Shown here in pieces: positions 36,601-49,859 of a stretch of DNA of 64,000 nt; within the stretch, counting starts at the first letter, position 1; the number at the start of each line of letters is the position of its first letter. The position numbers and the translations under genes were made by a program. This stretch comes from Antedon mediterranea. Lineage: Eukaryota > Animalia > Echinodermata. The stretch spans positions 5,332,001 to 5,396,000 of the forward strand of contig NC_092671.1 of NCBI RefSeq assembly GCF_964355755.1. The letters are read 5' to 3'. Under the pieces are notes generated by a model that saw only the letters and a program-made list of their open reading frames with translations, was not told the origin of the DNA and searched no databases.

Positions 36601-39600
36601 TTGTTTTTCTTCTTCAGTTTTCTTTCTCAACCATAACGTTTTTTCTTGTTTTGCCCTTTCCTTTTTCTATTTATATATTCTTCCTTTTTTTCTTTCTTTG
36701 TTTTACTTCTTCAGTTTTCTTTCTCAACCATAACGGTTTTTTCTTGTATTGCCGTTTCGTTTTATATTTATACATCCTTCCTTTTTTTCATTCTTTGTTT
36801 TTCCTCTCTAGTTTTCTTTTCAACCATAACGTTTTTTTTTCTTGTATTGCCCTTTCATTTTTTCTATTTATACATCCTTCCTTTTCTTCATTCTTTGTTT
36901 TTCATGACGTTTTTTTTCTTGTGTTGCCTTTTATTTTATATTTATATAGGCCTAAATCCTTCCTGAGTTTCTTTCTCAATCATAATGTTGTTTCCCTTTT
37001 ATTCACTTGCTTCTTCCTTTTATTGCTTAGTTTTTAAATATTTCTTCTATTTGTCTTCTGTCATTTTTTCCTTTAATTTTTCTCCTTTAATTTTTGTAAT
37101 TTATATCTACTTTACTAATTCGTTTTGCAGTGAAGCTGTAGGATCCTATGCAGAGAACCAGCGTATCACAGCAGTGCGGAGAGTGTACCAGAGGGGTATT
37201 GTTAACCCTATGATCAACATTGATGCACTATGGAAAGACTATGTACAGTATGAAAATGTAAGAACAGTACACAATGTAAAGGGTGCTCAACCCTCTATAA
37301 GCATAGGCAGATCAATTTACGCACAACCCCAGCTAAAAAAACCCAGTAACATTACCCAAAGTGTAACAGTTAAGATTCTTTGGTAGTTGACTCATAATCA
37401 ACTTTTGTCAATCAAGTAATCATTATTTGTCACATTCCTTTGAAGCTAATAAAGGGGAAATATAGGTATTAACACTATAGCCAACTCCTATTCAGTAGAC
37501 AACTCTATTAACGTTCTGGGGTCCCGATGTTGTCCCTTTAATAGGTGTTTTTATGTATTTGTAAGATTGTGTTCATTTCAGAATTTCATATATTATCTGT
37601 ACCTAGACTTTTTCACACCATTAATTGTTGAAAGATCAATTATTTTGTAGAGTATCAATCCAATCATTGCCAAAAAGTTGTTGGAGGACAGGAACCGAGA
37701 CTATCAGAATGCCAGAAGAGTTGCGAAGGTATTTTTTTTCAGAATGATAGAAATCTATTATTATTTCCATGATTTTTATAGGGATTGCTGTTTATTGCAT
37801 GCATTTTACTGATTTATTTTGTGCTTGTTGTGAGAATGTATTTACTATTTTTGCATTTTTTTTCCTGTGATTTCTTTTTTAAACAGGAATTTGAAGCAAA
37901 CACGAAAGGTTTGAATCGTAACAACCCTTCTGTACCACCAATGGGAACACCTGAAGAAGCAAAACAAGTTGAGCTGTGGAAAAGTTATATTGCGTTTGAA
38001 AAGAGTAACCCACTTCGCACTGAAGATCAAACTCTCATCACAAAAAGAGGTAATATGTCCTTCTGATAGGCCCACCTTTTACATGGACATACCTTTTGGC
38101 ATAAGGCCATTCTTGGACATGGGTCTACTTAAAATGTAGGCCCAGCTTGGACATCAGCAATTTCATTAGTGTATAAAGTATCTAATACAGACACTCCAAT
38201 TTTTGCCAAATAATTTGAAGTTTACCAATTCATTTTATTTAAAATAATATATGATTTTGTATTCCCAATAATTGTATTAAATAATCTAGAAGCTCAGTCA
38301 TTAGGATCATAAAAAACAAGGTTGGATTAACATAAAATTAAAGAATCAATAGCATAGGAAAACAAGATGAAAACAGAGGCGGAGGTGCACACCAACTGTC
38401 ACATATGTATTAAATAATAATTTTTCAATACTTTGTTTTTAGTAATGTTTGCATATGAACAGACGTTACTTTGTCTTGGACATCATCCTGATATTTGGTA
38501 TGAGGCTGCCCTCTATCTAGAAAATTCAAGCAAGATATTTGCAGAGAAAGGGGTAAGCAAAATGAAATTGAGGAAGCTATTACAATTATTTTGTAGTTAA
38601 GAATTCTGTTTAAGAATATAATATTGATGTATATATATATTATTCATTTACATAGATGTATAGAAAAAAAATTATAATTTAAATTTATTTTTTACAGGAT
38701 ATCAACAATGCAAAAGTGTTCAGTGACGAAGCAGCTGCTATATATGAAAGAGCTATTACCACACTTCTAAAGAACAATATGTTACTCTACTTTGCATATG
38801 CAGATTTTGAAGAGGTATGCAAATTATCCACCTGTAGTTACTGTTAAATGTTTTATAAAAAATAATACAATAAAATGTTTAATATAGTATAGATGTTAAA
38901 ACAATTTGTTTTAATTCAAGCAACTTGTAACAACAATTTTATTTATTATTTAGGCAAGGATGAAGTATGATAAAGTTCACAATATCTACAAACGATTTTT
39001 GACTATTGAAGAAATTGACCCTACACTGGTATGTTCTACATTTATTCTCTTGCTCTTAGATGTCATCACTTGTTTTTTTTTTATTTATTTACTACAGTAG
39101 AACTGATAGACACTTCTTATAAGCGGACACCTCCATAATGAACACTTATCTAAAATCCAGTTTCTGGTGGATCTTCCCACTATTTTCTGTATCAAAATCG
39201 TATACATTTGTAACAAAATAAAAACTAGTATGTATTATCAAATTATTGTAGGCATACATTCAGTATATGAAGTTTGGCCGCAGAGCTGAAGGAATTAAGT
39301 CTGCACGTGGCATATTCAAGAAGGCAAGAGAGGACTCGCGCTCACAGTACCATGTCTATGCAGCTGCAGCTCTGATGGAATACTACTGCAGTAAAGTGAG
39401 TTCTTAGTTACAGTGGTCATGTCATGTTTTAGATCTGTGTTCTCAAAACAGATAACCTTGTCTAATTTTCTAAATTTAAGACCAGTATCTTCTGGTTTTG
39501 TAAGGTTTCTGCAGTTGAAGAAGAGTTGACTATTAATATAAAGCTGCATTTACACTTGTTTTGTTGAAACAGAACAGAAGATGACGCTGTTTTATTAAAT

Positions 39601-42600
39601 AATTAAATTAAATGGCTCCATCTTTTCATAGAATTAAGTGTTTTGTAACAAATTTCATAATTTTAATAAATTTCTGCATGATTCATTTGATATTACATTT
39701 ATTTTGCAAGGTGTGTTATATTCTAAGATATTATAAATACTTAAATATTGAAAAATTATATTTCAGGATTCTAAGGTGGCTTTCAAGATTTTTGAGCTAG
39801 GACTTAAGAAATATGGGCACGTCCCTGAGTATGTGCTTGCCTATTTGGAGTATCTTTCACATTTAAATGGTAGGTGTAAGAAATAATAAGGCCTACCTAA
39901 ATTAATTGTATAAATAAATAAAGCGCTTTGTACGAAAAATTAAACTAAAACTAGCGAAACTAAACTTCAATTGGTTGATCTTAGTATTTTATCAATATAT
40001 GCTTAGAAATAATAATATTACCTCAGCAATTAAATAAAAATAAATAATACTTTTTTAGGGTAAGGTATGAATGATAGTCTACTGTGAGCTATTTGTGTTC
40101 ACCTGATTCCCCACCCCAGCTAGAAGTTGCTTGCTTACTTTCCCTACCACAACTGCACAACTTTAAGTCATTTGCTAATTTCCTAATCAATCTTTTTTTA
40201 TATAGAGGATAATAACACTAGAGTTTTATTTGAGAGGGTGCTAACATCAGGGTCATTACCAATGGACAAATCTTGGTGAGTAATAGTAAAAAAAAGTTCT
40301 AGGCTGGAGAATAAAATTGTATGCAAATGTGAAGAGTTTTTTTACAGTGGGAGATATTTTTAATTTATACTGAGTGAAATAAGGTGGGTAAAGGTACAGA
40401 AGTGGAACACATTAGTTGTATTGACTTCCATGACATGACATGATAAATAGTTTTTGGATTCACAATTTAAAGATAAAATTATAACCTGTCATCACCAAGA
40501 ATAAAAGGTCAATCTTCATGCTTGATTGCTTTTGTTGAGCTTTGATAATGTTAGAGTTAGCTCTCTAGTTGTATAATTAATCTATGGTATTTGAAAGTTG
40601 TATTTTAGTTATTGAAATATTTTGTTTGTTTTATATCTAGTGAGATCTGGTTACGGTTTGAAGACTTTGAGTCGACGTGTGGTGACCTATCTAGTATTTT
40701 AAAAGTAGAGCGAAGACGGTTTCAAAACTTTACAGACGTACGTTTATTTGTCTTTTTATTGTGACACTGCTTTTTCAAGCTGCATTGCATTGCATTCAAA
40801 TTCTAACTTTAGTGAGAACATAGCTTTAATTGAAATATGTAGAATCCTTGGTTTGGAGGAAACTTTTCTTTGAAAATATATATTTAACACTATAGCCAAC
40901 CCCTTTCAGCTAACACCCCTATGATGCAAACACTTTGTTGGGTCCTAATGGTGTTCCTTTAATAGTGGCTCAATCTTTTTGCCTTGAATTGTCTTAGTAC
41001 AGTAATAAATTATTAATATTATCACAAAATATGTTGTGGCTATACATACAATTAGTCATGTACAGTTTTTAAAATAAACCATTTCTAATTATTATTATTT
41101 TACAGGATTTTAAGGACAAGGAAACTGCACTGTTAATTGATAGATATCGATATCTTGACCTTTACCCTTGTACTTCAAGTGAATTAAAGGCTCTTGGTTA
41201 CAGGGTAAGAATAGCTATATTTACATGCTATATTTTCTTTTATTTTCAGTATTTAAAAAGTCTCAAATGTAAAAAAGAGTAATTTTACTACAAAAATTAA
41301 AGTAATTGAGTTTTCTTTTTTGGATTTTCTTTTTCTTCAGTCAAAGTGTTTATTATTGTGATTATTAATTAATATTTACATATATTTTTTACGTCGTCTA
41401 GGATTTAATAAAAAGAAGCGCCATTACACAAGTCACGACACACCACAAGAACCCAGATGCATCTTCATCAGAGAGAACAGAAGAATTAACAGATGAAAGG
41501 AAAAAGCCAGAATACCCAAAGCCAGACTTAGCACAAATGCTACCGTTCAAACCCAAAGCCTTTCCTCGTGAGTATAAAATATTGTTTCTATTACATATCT
41601 ATCTATTATATGTATCTGAATTTTTAAGATTACCTAATCAATATTCATAACTTTCCTAATGAATAGTCAACATACATAAATATTATTTGTATTTCGATTA
41701 TAATTAATCAATATTCGGGTCATTCCATGTCAAATCACCCAAAAAAAACCAAAATTTACACCTCACCATCTCAGATTTTGATCAAATTTGAAATATATGG
41801 TAATCACTATGAAAAATTCCAAAATTTCAAATTTTATTCAAATCGGACAAACCGTTAAAAAGTTACGGGCAATTTAAAATGGCCGAAAATCGTTAAAAAG
41901 AGCAAAATATCGCGAGACCGTCGATTTTAAAACGTCAATATTTTCAAAACTACTAGTCCGATTTTAATGAAACAAGTAACAAATTAATGGCCATTTAAGG
42001 AGGATTCCAAATCTTTAATCAGAATTAACTCTTATAAATTTCCCTTAAAATGTTCTATTGACCTATAATTTGACCTTTGCCATGACCCTGTGGAACAAAA
42101 ATTATAATGTTAAAATATTAATTTTTATATTTTCACACTTCTTGCCTGTAAAATGTTAGCTAAAGCTAAGATGTCTTTTGTACCAGTTCTATTTTATAGG
42201 CTTTCAAAATTGCACATCAAACAAATTCTATGTGTAAAACAGTGTTTAACATGTTTAATCAGTTATATTTTACATTGCCTCTATAAATGTTTTATTGAAA
42301 GATATCATTCCTGTTGAAAGTAGTCAATATTGCATCTTCTTCTTGTTTTGATATACTGTAAATTCCTACTTGATGATGATGTTAGTGATGGTGCATCAAT
42401 AAGACATAGGTCACTTGATTCTTCAATCCATCAGCTTTATCTGGCCAATGGACATTTTTTGAAGGACCAGGAGGATGCATAAATGATTTAAAGTACTGTT
42501 TAGTCACCAAATTCAGCTGACATGACATCCAGCACCATCCCAATCCACCACACACCATCATACAAACACGCCACAAAATGATTTTGAGAAATTGCATATT

Positions 42601-45025
42601 GTGGAACTTCTCGTGCAAATGTAGTAGATGTTGATGGGCAGCTTGTTACGTTTACTTTCCTTGGTTCATCTTTTTGTGCACTTGTATACCATAAGAGAAC
42701 CATCTTGTTGCGGTACAAATCTGTGCAGTTGAAGGGTGCCTTTAATGGTTTTGGCTTCAGAAAATCGAGATTTCAGTCGAGCTACAGATTCTTTAATTTC
42801 TTCGGATGAAATTTCAATTTATTCCACATTTATTTAGTCATCAATTACAACATAATTGCAATACAACTGATAACAAGGATCCTGCATAAAAAAGCTGTAG
42901 CTTTGTTTTTTTGTAGGACCCTTTTACATAGAACAATATAAGTAAATAGAACTAAATAGGTAAAGCAGTCATTTCCCATAAAATGAAAATGAAAACATGA
43001 AAAAAAATGTTACCAGGAATGTTTTCAACACAGAAATTAAACATGTCTATTGATGTTAGTAGTTGATTATGATAGAAAATTTAGACTCTTTTTGGTTACT
43101 AGTCGTTGTACTGTCCCCCCAATTCCATCGCATGCACTTTTCCCATGTGATGTGGCGAAAAAGTTCCACTCGGCATTTAAATCAAAATCATGTTTGTGAT
43201 TGCATAGATTGATAAAATTGGACTTATTTTTATATTGACCTGCACATCCATCGGTAAAGTAGTGAACCTTCTTTATTTCGTAAAATTTACCCTTCAAATG
43301 ATTTAGAACAACTTTTTGGAAAGTCCACACTGTTGTTGTTGAGTGTATTGCAATTAGATAAATTTCCATCCACCTCACATCTGTATGCTACAAATGGATG
43401 CAGTGTTGCCTGTTTGTTTTTCCAGTGAAAGCTTTTTATTTCATCTTGAATGACAAAAGCGTAATTTTCAGCAAAATCATCTTGGAGTACTATCTCCTGC
43501 AAAGGATAAATGACCCCTGAGCTTCAGCAACAGTAACTGCTGCCTTGTTAGCTTCATTTGGTCAGCTAGCTCATCACCGCATTCTTCAATAGGTTTTTCA
43601 CTGTTATTAATGTTGTGCGGTCTGTTGTTACCCATTGCTTGTTAGTACAGTATTCTACTTCATCAATATCCTCCTGGTATATCAATTAACACATAGATTG
43701 ATACAAAACACAAACCCAGACAACATGATATAACTATATCTTCTAAATGAGGTAAAAGACATCTTAGCATTTTACATATGTCATAAACACCACTTTATAG
43801 TTTAAAAAAAAAATAATGACATTAAAAAAATATACGTTCCACAAGGTCAAACCGGGGGTCATTTTATATATCAAAAGGTCAAATATATTTTAAGACATTC
43901 TACTACAATTCTGATAACAAATTTGGAATATTTGGGGCATTTCCTTTCCCATACTGTTTATTTTTTTTTAATTGGACTTGTAGTTCTTGTTTTATGGTCT
44001 TTTGAAAATTGGCGGCCGCACCCATTTTTACGGTTTTTTGCGTTTTTTTCACAATTTGTCCAGCCCGTAACTTTTAATCCGTTTTTCTGAATTACGTAAA
44101 ATTTTATATTTAAGCTTTTTTTAGGCTAATAACCACCTGTACCAATTTTCATTAAAATCCGAGTCAGTAGGGTGTTTACCATTGGGTGATCTGACATGGA
44201 ATGACCCATTCATATATATATGCTAATGTATATTCATCAACTTATATAGGCTATAGGCCTTAGTTGAGAAAGTTATGAAGTAGAGCATCTAAGACTTACA
44301 TATTTTTCAGTGAGAATAATCCATTTTATATCCGTTTTTTCATACTCATGAATATTCATATAATTTTTTTTAGCTATTGGTGCTCATATTGTTCCAGGAG
44401 GTGTCTTTCCTCCCCCTCCTGCAGCTTCATATGTTATGTCTCTTCTACCGCCACCAACATCCTTTAATGTAAGTATCTTGAATTGTTGATATATATGTAC
44501 ATGGCTCCTTTTATGCTGCAAATCAGCTAATCATATGCCCATTTGAAGCCACATTCCTAGGTCAGTTACAGCTATTGCAAGCAAACAAAACAGGCAAGAT
44601 GCACTGGTGTTTGTTTGCAACATATCAATTTGCTGTATTAATGTATTTCGAACATTTTCATTTTTAGGGACCATTTGTCAGAGTGGATGATTTAATGCGA
44701 ATGATTTCAGATTGTCGCTTAAAAGAACGTAAGTATATTATTCATAAACTAAAAGTTTTATTTTAAGAATTTAATTAGATAATGGAATATTCCACTTGCT
44801 TTAGAGTTTTAAAAAACGACTGTTTAACATCCTTTTTCAGCTGCACCTCAGCAGTTATCAAACGGCCAACCTAAAGACGCAACTCAAGAGGCGGATGCGA
44901 AAAAGAAAAGGAAACGTGATGGAGGAGAAAACCAAAATGATGAATCTGATGAAGACGAACACGTAACACAAGCCGCACCAGTTCACGATATTTACCGTAG
45001 CAGACAACAAAAACGAGTTAAATAA
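24655..45025 (+). CDS. CSTF3: Cleavage stimulation factor subunit 3 (CstF-77 / suppressor of forked), HAT-repeat protein
   Basis: 20 exons: 24655-24699 (inferred first exon), 25239-25340, 25888-25983, 34988-35020, 35962-36161, 37131-37257, 37651-37728, 37887-38049, 38443-38552, 38698-38814, 38954-39028, 39252-39395, 39767-39869, 40206-40275, 40641-40737, 41106-41204, 41402-41567, 44374-44468, 44668-44728, 44841-45025. Diagnostic peptides: [75 protein letters not shown]. Confidence 0.97.
25068..25093. repeat. (AG)n microsatellite in CSTF3 intron 1
   Basis: About 12 AG units. Confidence 0.85.
25425..25512 (-). mobile_element. Short decayed tRNA-like/SINE fragment in CSTF3 intron 2
   Basis: Minus strand agtggtctaatggtcaggac..aaggttgcaggtttgaatctctgcc followed by T-runs. 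Confidence 0.4.
26520..26572 (+). terminator. Candidate intronic polyadenylation site in CSTF3 intron 3
   Basis: AATAAA at 26520-26525, CA at 26550-26551, then U/GU-rich tgtttcacttttgtgtggtt. Other AATAAA hexamers follow downstream, so the exact site is uncertain. Confidence 0.4.
27650..28060. repeat. Diverged roughly 30-bp repeat (tttcatacaa..ttacagaacttgtgttt)
   Basis: Recurrent tttcatacaa and ttacagaactt motifs. Confidence 0.55.
29990..30600. repeat. Diverged local duplications with 150-180 bp units
   Basis: tccctggttctgctgt..gtatctctttgtttaaattgtctat at 30001 and 30182; gtgatttg.ggttcaaa recurs at about 30081, 30253, 30409 and 30556. Confidence 0.65.
32238..32503. mobile_element. MITE family B, second copy (left end eroded)
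   Basis: acactagggcaataacgatcgacgata..tcgtcgatcgttagcgtcctagtgtaaatagacct. Confidence 0.7.
32970..33990. repeat. Diverged roughly 100-130 bp tandem repeat
   Basis: Unit ctcctggtgattttgcgttgcgtgttggtagttccgccgcagccat..ctctttcgctccatttatcaggtatc recurs about 8 times. Confidence 0.65.
34281..34435. mobile_element. MITE family C, second copy
   Basis: aatttaaacagaagagcggtaa..ttaccgctcgtctgtgtaaatt; shares internal tatgac.atttac..ccgctca.gatagat with 51633-51811. Confidence 0.6.
35195..35445. repeat. 48-bp minisatellite (about 5 copies) in CSTF3 intron 4
   Basis: gcatgttcagaatgtctgactgacgtaattccgtacgtatgt; units start at 35241, 35289, 35337 and 35385. Confidence 0.9.
36400..37110. repeat. Pyrimidine-rich roughly 100-bp diverged tandem repeat in CSTF3 intron 5
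   Basis: cagttttctttctcaaccataacgttttttcttgt recurs five to six times; extreme T/C strand skew. Confidence 0.8.
41717..44207 (-). mobile_element. Decayed Sola2-like DNA transposon (2.5 kb) in CSTF3 intron 17
   Basis: TIRs GGGTCATTCCATGTCA.ATCACCCAA / TTGGGTGAT.TGACATGGAATGACCC with longer imperfect subterminal inverted repeats. 4-bp TSD ATTC at 41713-41716 and 44208-44211. Superfamily inferred from the GRG termini, TSD length and transposase motifs. Confidence 0.85.
42382..43660 (-). pseudogene. Frameshifted transposase remnants of the Sola2-like element
   Basis: Broken ORFs 43287-43502 ([27 protein letters not shown]), 43067-43378 ([32 protein letters not shown]) and 42382-42718 ([13 protein letters not shown]; FMHPPGPS). 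Confidence 0.8.
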
Positions 45026-46129
45026 ATAGTGAAGTTGGTAATAGAAATTGGTGACGTGAAGCAAGGGAGCAAATTTAGCCAATTTTTGTAATGTATCTAG
45101 GCAAATTATTCCATTACAAATTATGTGTTACAGCATGTTCATGTGAAATGTGTCATTTGTCTGACTCATGATACTGCATCATGGAATTTGTCTATAATAC
45201 TGTATAAATTACGCTACATAAGCCGAGTCATTTTAAGGCGAAAGGCAACACTATTCACTGCAATGTACTGTAATTGAAATACCTCTTTTAAGACACCACT
45301 TCGGTGGTTGTACTGTAATTGAAAACTAATAAGTACCACCTTTGGTACTTAGTGTTCACCGTTTTACAGCATACAGCATGTGTGTGTATATGTTTTGTTG
45401 GCCCTAATGGTTGCCTATATTCTTGTAACTTTTTGTTCCACCTTTTTCGTGATTAATATTTCTTGATTACATGCTGTGTAGATATTACAAAATTTGTCTT
45501 TTACTGTATCGATAAAAAGGTTTAATTTGTTCGTATTATCAAATAGTTATTTTGTAAGAAAAATATTGAATAAAAATATCAATATTCTGGAATACTGCTT
45601 ATTGCGTTGAATTGTTGTCAGTTGGAACAAATAAATTATTGTGATCTGTAGTCCTGATGAGTTTAGGAATCATATCTGTCACGATCTATTTATACTAATG
45701 AGTTGTGTGCACTGACTTGTACTGACTAAGTACAGTAATAAAATCAAATGCTGATTGGTAAAATCTATCTTAACTTATCATCGCATTATTTTCTTTTCAA
45801 AACATATATTTCTCTTTTCTTTTCTATGTACAAAGTTTGTGATAAAATAATTTTAAATAAGAGTGACGAAACCCAAAAATCGTAAACTTGTGAAGGCTGC
45901 CCAAAATAAAAAATAAGGTACAATTTTATCAAAAAACAAAGCAAATAAATGAAACCGATTGAAAATAATATCAATGAAATTTGAATTAATATGTTTAACA
46001 GAGTTCGTATAAGTTATGATTATGTATGTAAATTCAATTCAGTGTTTTCAAGGCCCTTGATCAGAAGCCCTGTAACATGCTTCACATCATGTTATTGTTG
46101 AGGTGATTAATCTGAGCACTTTTGGTTCA

Positions 46130-46382
46130 TAAGGGCCTCCTCATGTCGGTGCTGCCAACTATGGCACAACCTCATCCTCATCGGTTGTGGCTGTGTGAGC
46201 GGGCACACCGGGGTAACCCCCCCTACTCGTTGCAAAAGATGTACTAGTTATTTAAAGTACACACAAGCTTTTTGGGTACACTGAACCCACAGTTTATAGT
46301 CCTTATCTGAGAACCAGAACCATTGAGCGATGAACGCTAAGGTTTAGACTTGAACTGTTTCACCACTTGGCAACTTACTCCC
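46130..46382 (-). mobile_element. tRNA-derived SINE, decayed, between the CSTF3 and WASHC3 3' ends
   Basis: Minus strand gagtaagttgccaagtggtgaaacag..gataaggactataaa..gtactttaaataactagtac..ttaccccggtgt is similar to 4545-4842. Confidence 0.55.
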
Positions 46383-46959
46383 ATCATGATCAGTAAGCAC
46401 AATCCAACAGTGTATGTGAACCTACAGTACCTCAACATTTAAAAGCACAAAGTACAATCAGTATTTTGTTTATAGTATTGTTTAATATCATATCATATAC
46501 TGTTTACTTTACATAAATCTCATAATATTCTTGTTTATATATTGCAAATTATAGTAAAATACATTCATTGATGTACACTACATCTTCAACATGCAACTGT
46601 AATTCAGCTTAAATTTTAAAACTTTTTTTTTCCATTCACAAAATATAGTGTAATTTATATTTGAATTGCATTTGGAAACTTATAATAAATCATTAAAAAA
46701 ACATGAGGCAAAAATTATTGAAATTTCTGGACCAACTATTAAAAATGTGACCTTAATTTCATGAAATTGAAAGCTTTTTATTATTTAATTGCCTGAAATC
46801 CATCTGTAATTGTATATCTCTTTGGTTATGTATATCTAATTGAAATTATTAAGCAAAACAAGTATCCACTTATCTCTAACAATAATTCCATGGAATAATA
46901 CCATGCCACGCCTGTACATAGGTACATACCCAACTATTTAGACTAAGCCTGGGTTGATT

Positions 46960-47115
46960 ATGGACCTACTGTAGGCTTAATAGATCATAATATTACTAGG
47001 TCTAGCTAAGGCCTCTAATAAGTATAGAGTAGTAGGCCAACTACTAGGCCTAGCTACTACTAGTAGTACTACTAGGCCTACTAGAGGCCCTAGCTAGGCC
47101 TACTATTACTACCTT
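46960..47115. repeat. CTAG/TAGGCCTA-rich low-complexity tract in the WASHC3 3' UTR
   Basis: actactaggcctagctactactagtagtactactaggcctactagaggccctagctaggcctact. Confidence 0.6.
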
Positions 47116-47118
47116 AGC

Positions 47119-49493
47119 CTAATCACTAAAATCAACTGAGTCGTCTGAACTGCCTTGATCTTCTTCATCGCTGAAGTCTGTGTCATTTGATTGCTGTGAT
47201 GACTGTGGTGGAGCTGGTGCATCTGGTGTGCTGTTGAGAATTTAAATTTAAAAAAAACCAAATTTAATAGAGTAAAAATATCTGCTCAAAGATTTCCATT
47301 TCTGTACTACAGGAAGGGAGTGCAGGCAATAAAAACGACCACAGGAGAGGATCCAGGATTGTAAAATAGAGGGGGCCCAGGGCATAACAATGACACACTA
47401 AGTATTTGAGCCGCTGGGCCATCTCTTGAAACTACCCCTGTACCACAAGCTTATGAGTGCATGTAGCATGCTTCGAGAATTAAAAACTGGTACAGTACAT
47501 TGATTTTATCGAAACCTGAATTTTTTGAATTTTGTCAAAATACTCACTCTAGATAATCAGGATTCAGACCTTCTAATCTAGCCTTCTGCCTCAGTGCAGC
47601 AGCAGGAACACCCTAGATGAGAAAAAAAATTGAAAATTTGATCTGGCTACCTATCAAGTCATGAGCTTCTTATAGAAGGTTTAGCTTATGGCTGGTTCCC
47701 ATTGGGAATAATGTCACCAATCAAAGAGACTGCGTGCACAGAAATTGCAAATAAACTCAATCTCATTGAGGACTAAGTAGACACATCACTTTACTGTTCC
47801 ATAGCCAGCTAGTTATGCTCATAGAAATTGGATACAGAGGAGTACTCTAGCCACAAATGACATCTTCCTCCTTCCACCCTTTACCTATAGGGATTACCCA
47901 ATATTTGTTTGCAGCTCACCATGTTTATCATCTTGAAAAATTTAGCGTAACGAGGATCTTGAGATACCGTCACCACAGTAGAAGCACTTGGTGTTGACTT
48001 GCCCTGTAAATAATCAATAATTCAATGTACATTTTTGTAAATTATGATTTGGTTTACATCAATCTATTCAACGCCACCAAAACTGGACACCTTTAGGCAA
48101 ATTCTCTCAAGTTATCCTGAATGCCTGGTTTATTGTATTACAAATTTGGGGTCTTTTTGGAAGAGTCTCCAGTTTTCTGAGAGTTCAGTTCTAGGCCTGG
48201 AAGATTTAACTGTAAAACTCTGTCTCCGTTATCAAATTTTATGTGACAAAAACATGTGCCCATATGGATATGGATATGGACATGATGATGTCATATCAAT
48301 CATATTTGGATATATCTCACTACAATATTTGGGCACTTTTTTTTCAAACTAGTTTGAGAGTGTAGACAAAGCTTAACAGTAATATATTTTTCACTATTTT
48401 GTTAGGAATTTTTTGATTAGTTACATCATGTTAATTCATTGTGCGGAAATTGATTATTTTTTCATTTCTTCACACAGTTTAAGTGGGTCCTAGGTCTAGA
48501 CATATCTACACTAGGCTGTCCCAAATTAAAAGGTTTTATTAAAACTTACTGGACTCTCTGCAGCTGGTAAGGCAGGTAGATTTGTTGCAGTCTGGGTTTC
48601 TGGTTCACTAGCAGTAATTGCTGGCGCAATTTCTACATCCTCAAGCCAAGGTATTGATGCTAATTTTGCTTCTAATAAATTCATTGTTGTTTCCAGATGT
48701 TGTATTCGAATGTTTAAATCTGATAATTTCTGCTCACAAACGCATGAAAACCGATTTAAAAATCTCGTTGTGTGGGAAACAAAGTGATTCAGAAAAGCCA
48801 GCATTCTCTTAGGATGAATTGCACCAACCTGTATAAATATTACTATTATTATTTATACAATTTAATAAATAGGAAATTACAGTTAATAATATTATACTAA
48901 TAGTGCACATTATTTTACTGTGGTGAGCTTAGGCCTACCTATCAAGAAAAGACAAAGGCTAGAAGACGTGTACTGTATAATAAAGAGTTTAATAAAGTAT
49001 AAAATGAAGAAAGATTTGTAATCGTAGGAGGCGTAGATACAGCCAGTATATAACCAAACCATGATGATGTAACTTACAATTAAACTTACATCATCAATCA
49101 TGCTAATCATAATTAATTGTACATAAATTAACTAAATTAACAACATAATTCATAATTGTACATAAATTGACTAAAAAGCATCTTAATAATAACATGTTTA
49201 ACATAATTGTTCATATCATATAAACCAGGCCCTATCGGGCGAAGATTAGCATGACCGGATCGAAAGGTCACATGATGGGCATGATGAGTAGGCCTAGTCA
49301 GTCATGACAAGATCAGACACAGAGACGGTAGAGACTGCCGTGCCTAGTTAAAAGCTGCCTAGGCCCTACACACAACACGCAACCTGCCTAGGCCTAGAGT
49401 ATACTGTATTAAAAATACCAATTAGGCCTAGCATAGTATCACCTTAGATAAATCAACTCCAGGTCCAACAATTGGTAGTCCATCGGAGTCCAT
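47119..49493 (-). CDS. WASHC3: WASH complex subunit 3 (CCDC53), 196 aa
   Basis: Exons 49493-49443 (MDSDGLPIVGPGVDLSK), 48828-48550 (VGAIHPKRMLAFLNHFV..FLNRFSCVCEQKL..LEAKLASIP), 48003-47920 (QDPRYAKFFKMINM), 47612-47548 (GVP..EGLNPDYL), 47230-47119 (acidic tail ..DFSD*). Total 591 nt, in frame. Confidence 0.95.
48216..48373. mobile_element. MITE family A, copy 6
   Basis: Diverged TIRs, same core, TAA/TAA TSD. Confidence 0.75.
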
Positions 49494-49859
49494 TTTTGTA
49501 AAAATTTTATATTTTAATATATGAAAACAAATGTGAAATACTTCAGTCGATATAGAGATTCTGAGATTATTTTTATATTGAAGCCCAGCAGCAGGAGCTA
49601 TATTTCCAATACCAAATTGGCGAGTAAACCATTTACTTCAAATTAATTCATACACTCTTCCACCAGAGAGTTGTTAATAACAACTCCCTTCTTCCACCAT
49701 TTTAATTTTCAGTTATACATATTGCACACATTACAGTTATAATTTTCAAAGGCGTAAAATTTGTTTGAATTAATTAATATAGTTGTTTTGTCGTATTTTA
49801 CCGAATTTTATTTTAATTTAAAATGTTTATAATCAAGTTCGTCTGTTTTAGGCAAGACT

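Noticed and set aside
36316-37037. Phe/Leu-rich membrane-protein-like ORFs
   Set aside because: Translations of a T-rich intronic repeat.
37470-40975. Short 'ggacacc / tgtccc' relics (also near 6255, 9560, 57013 and 61885)
   Set aside because: Probably old Tc1/mariner-type MITE fragments, too decayed to delimit reliably.
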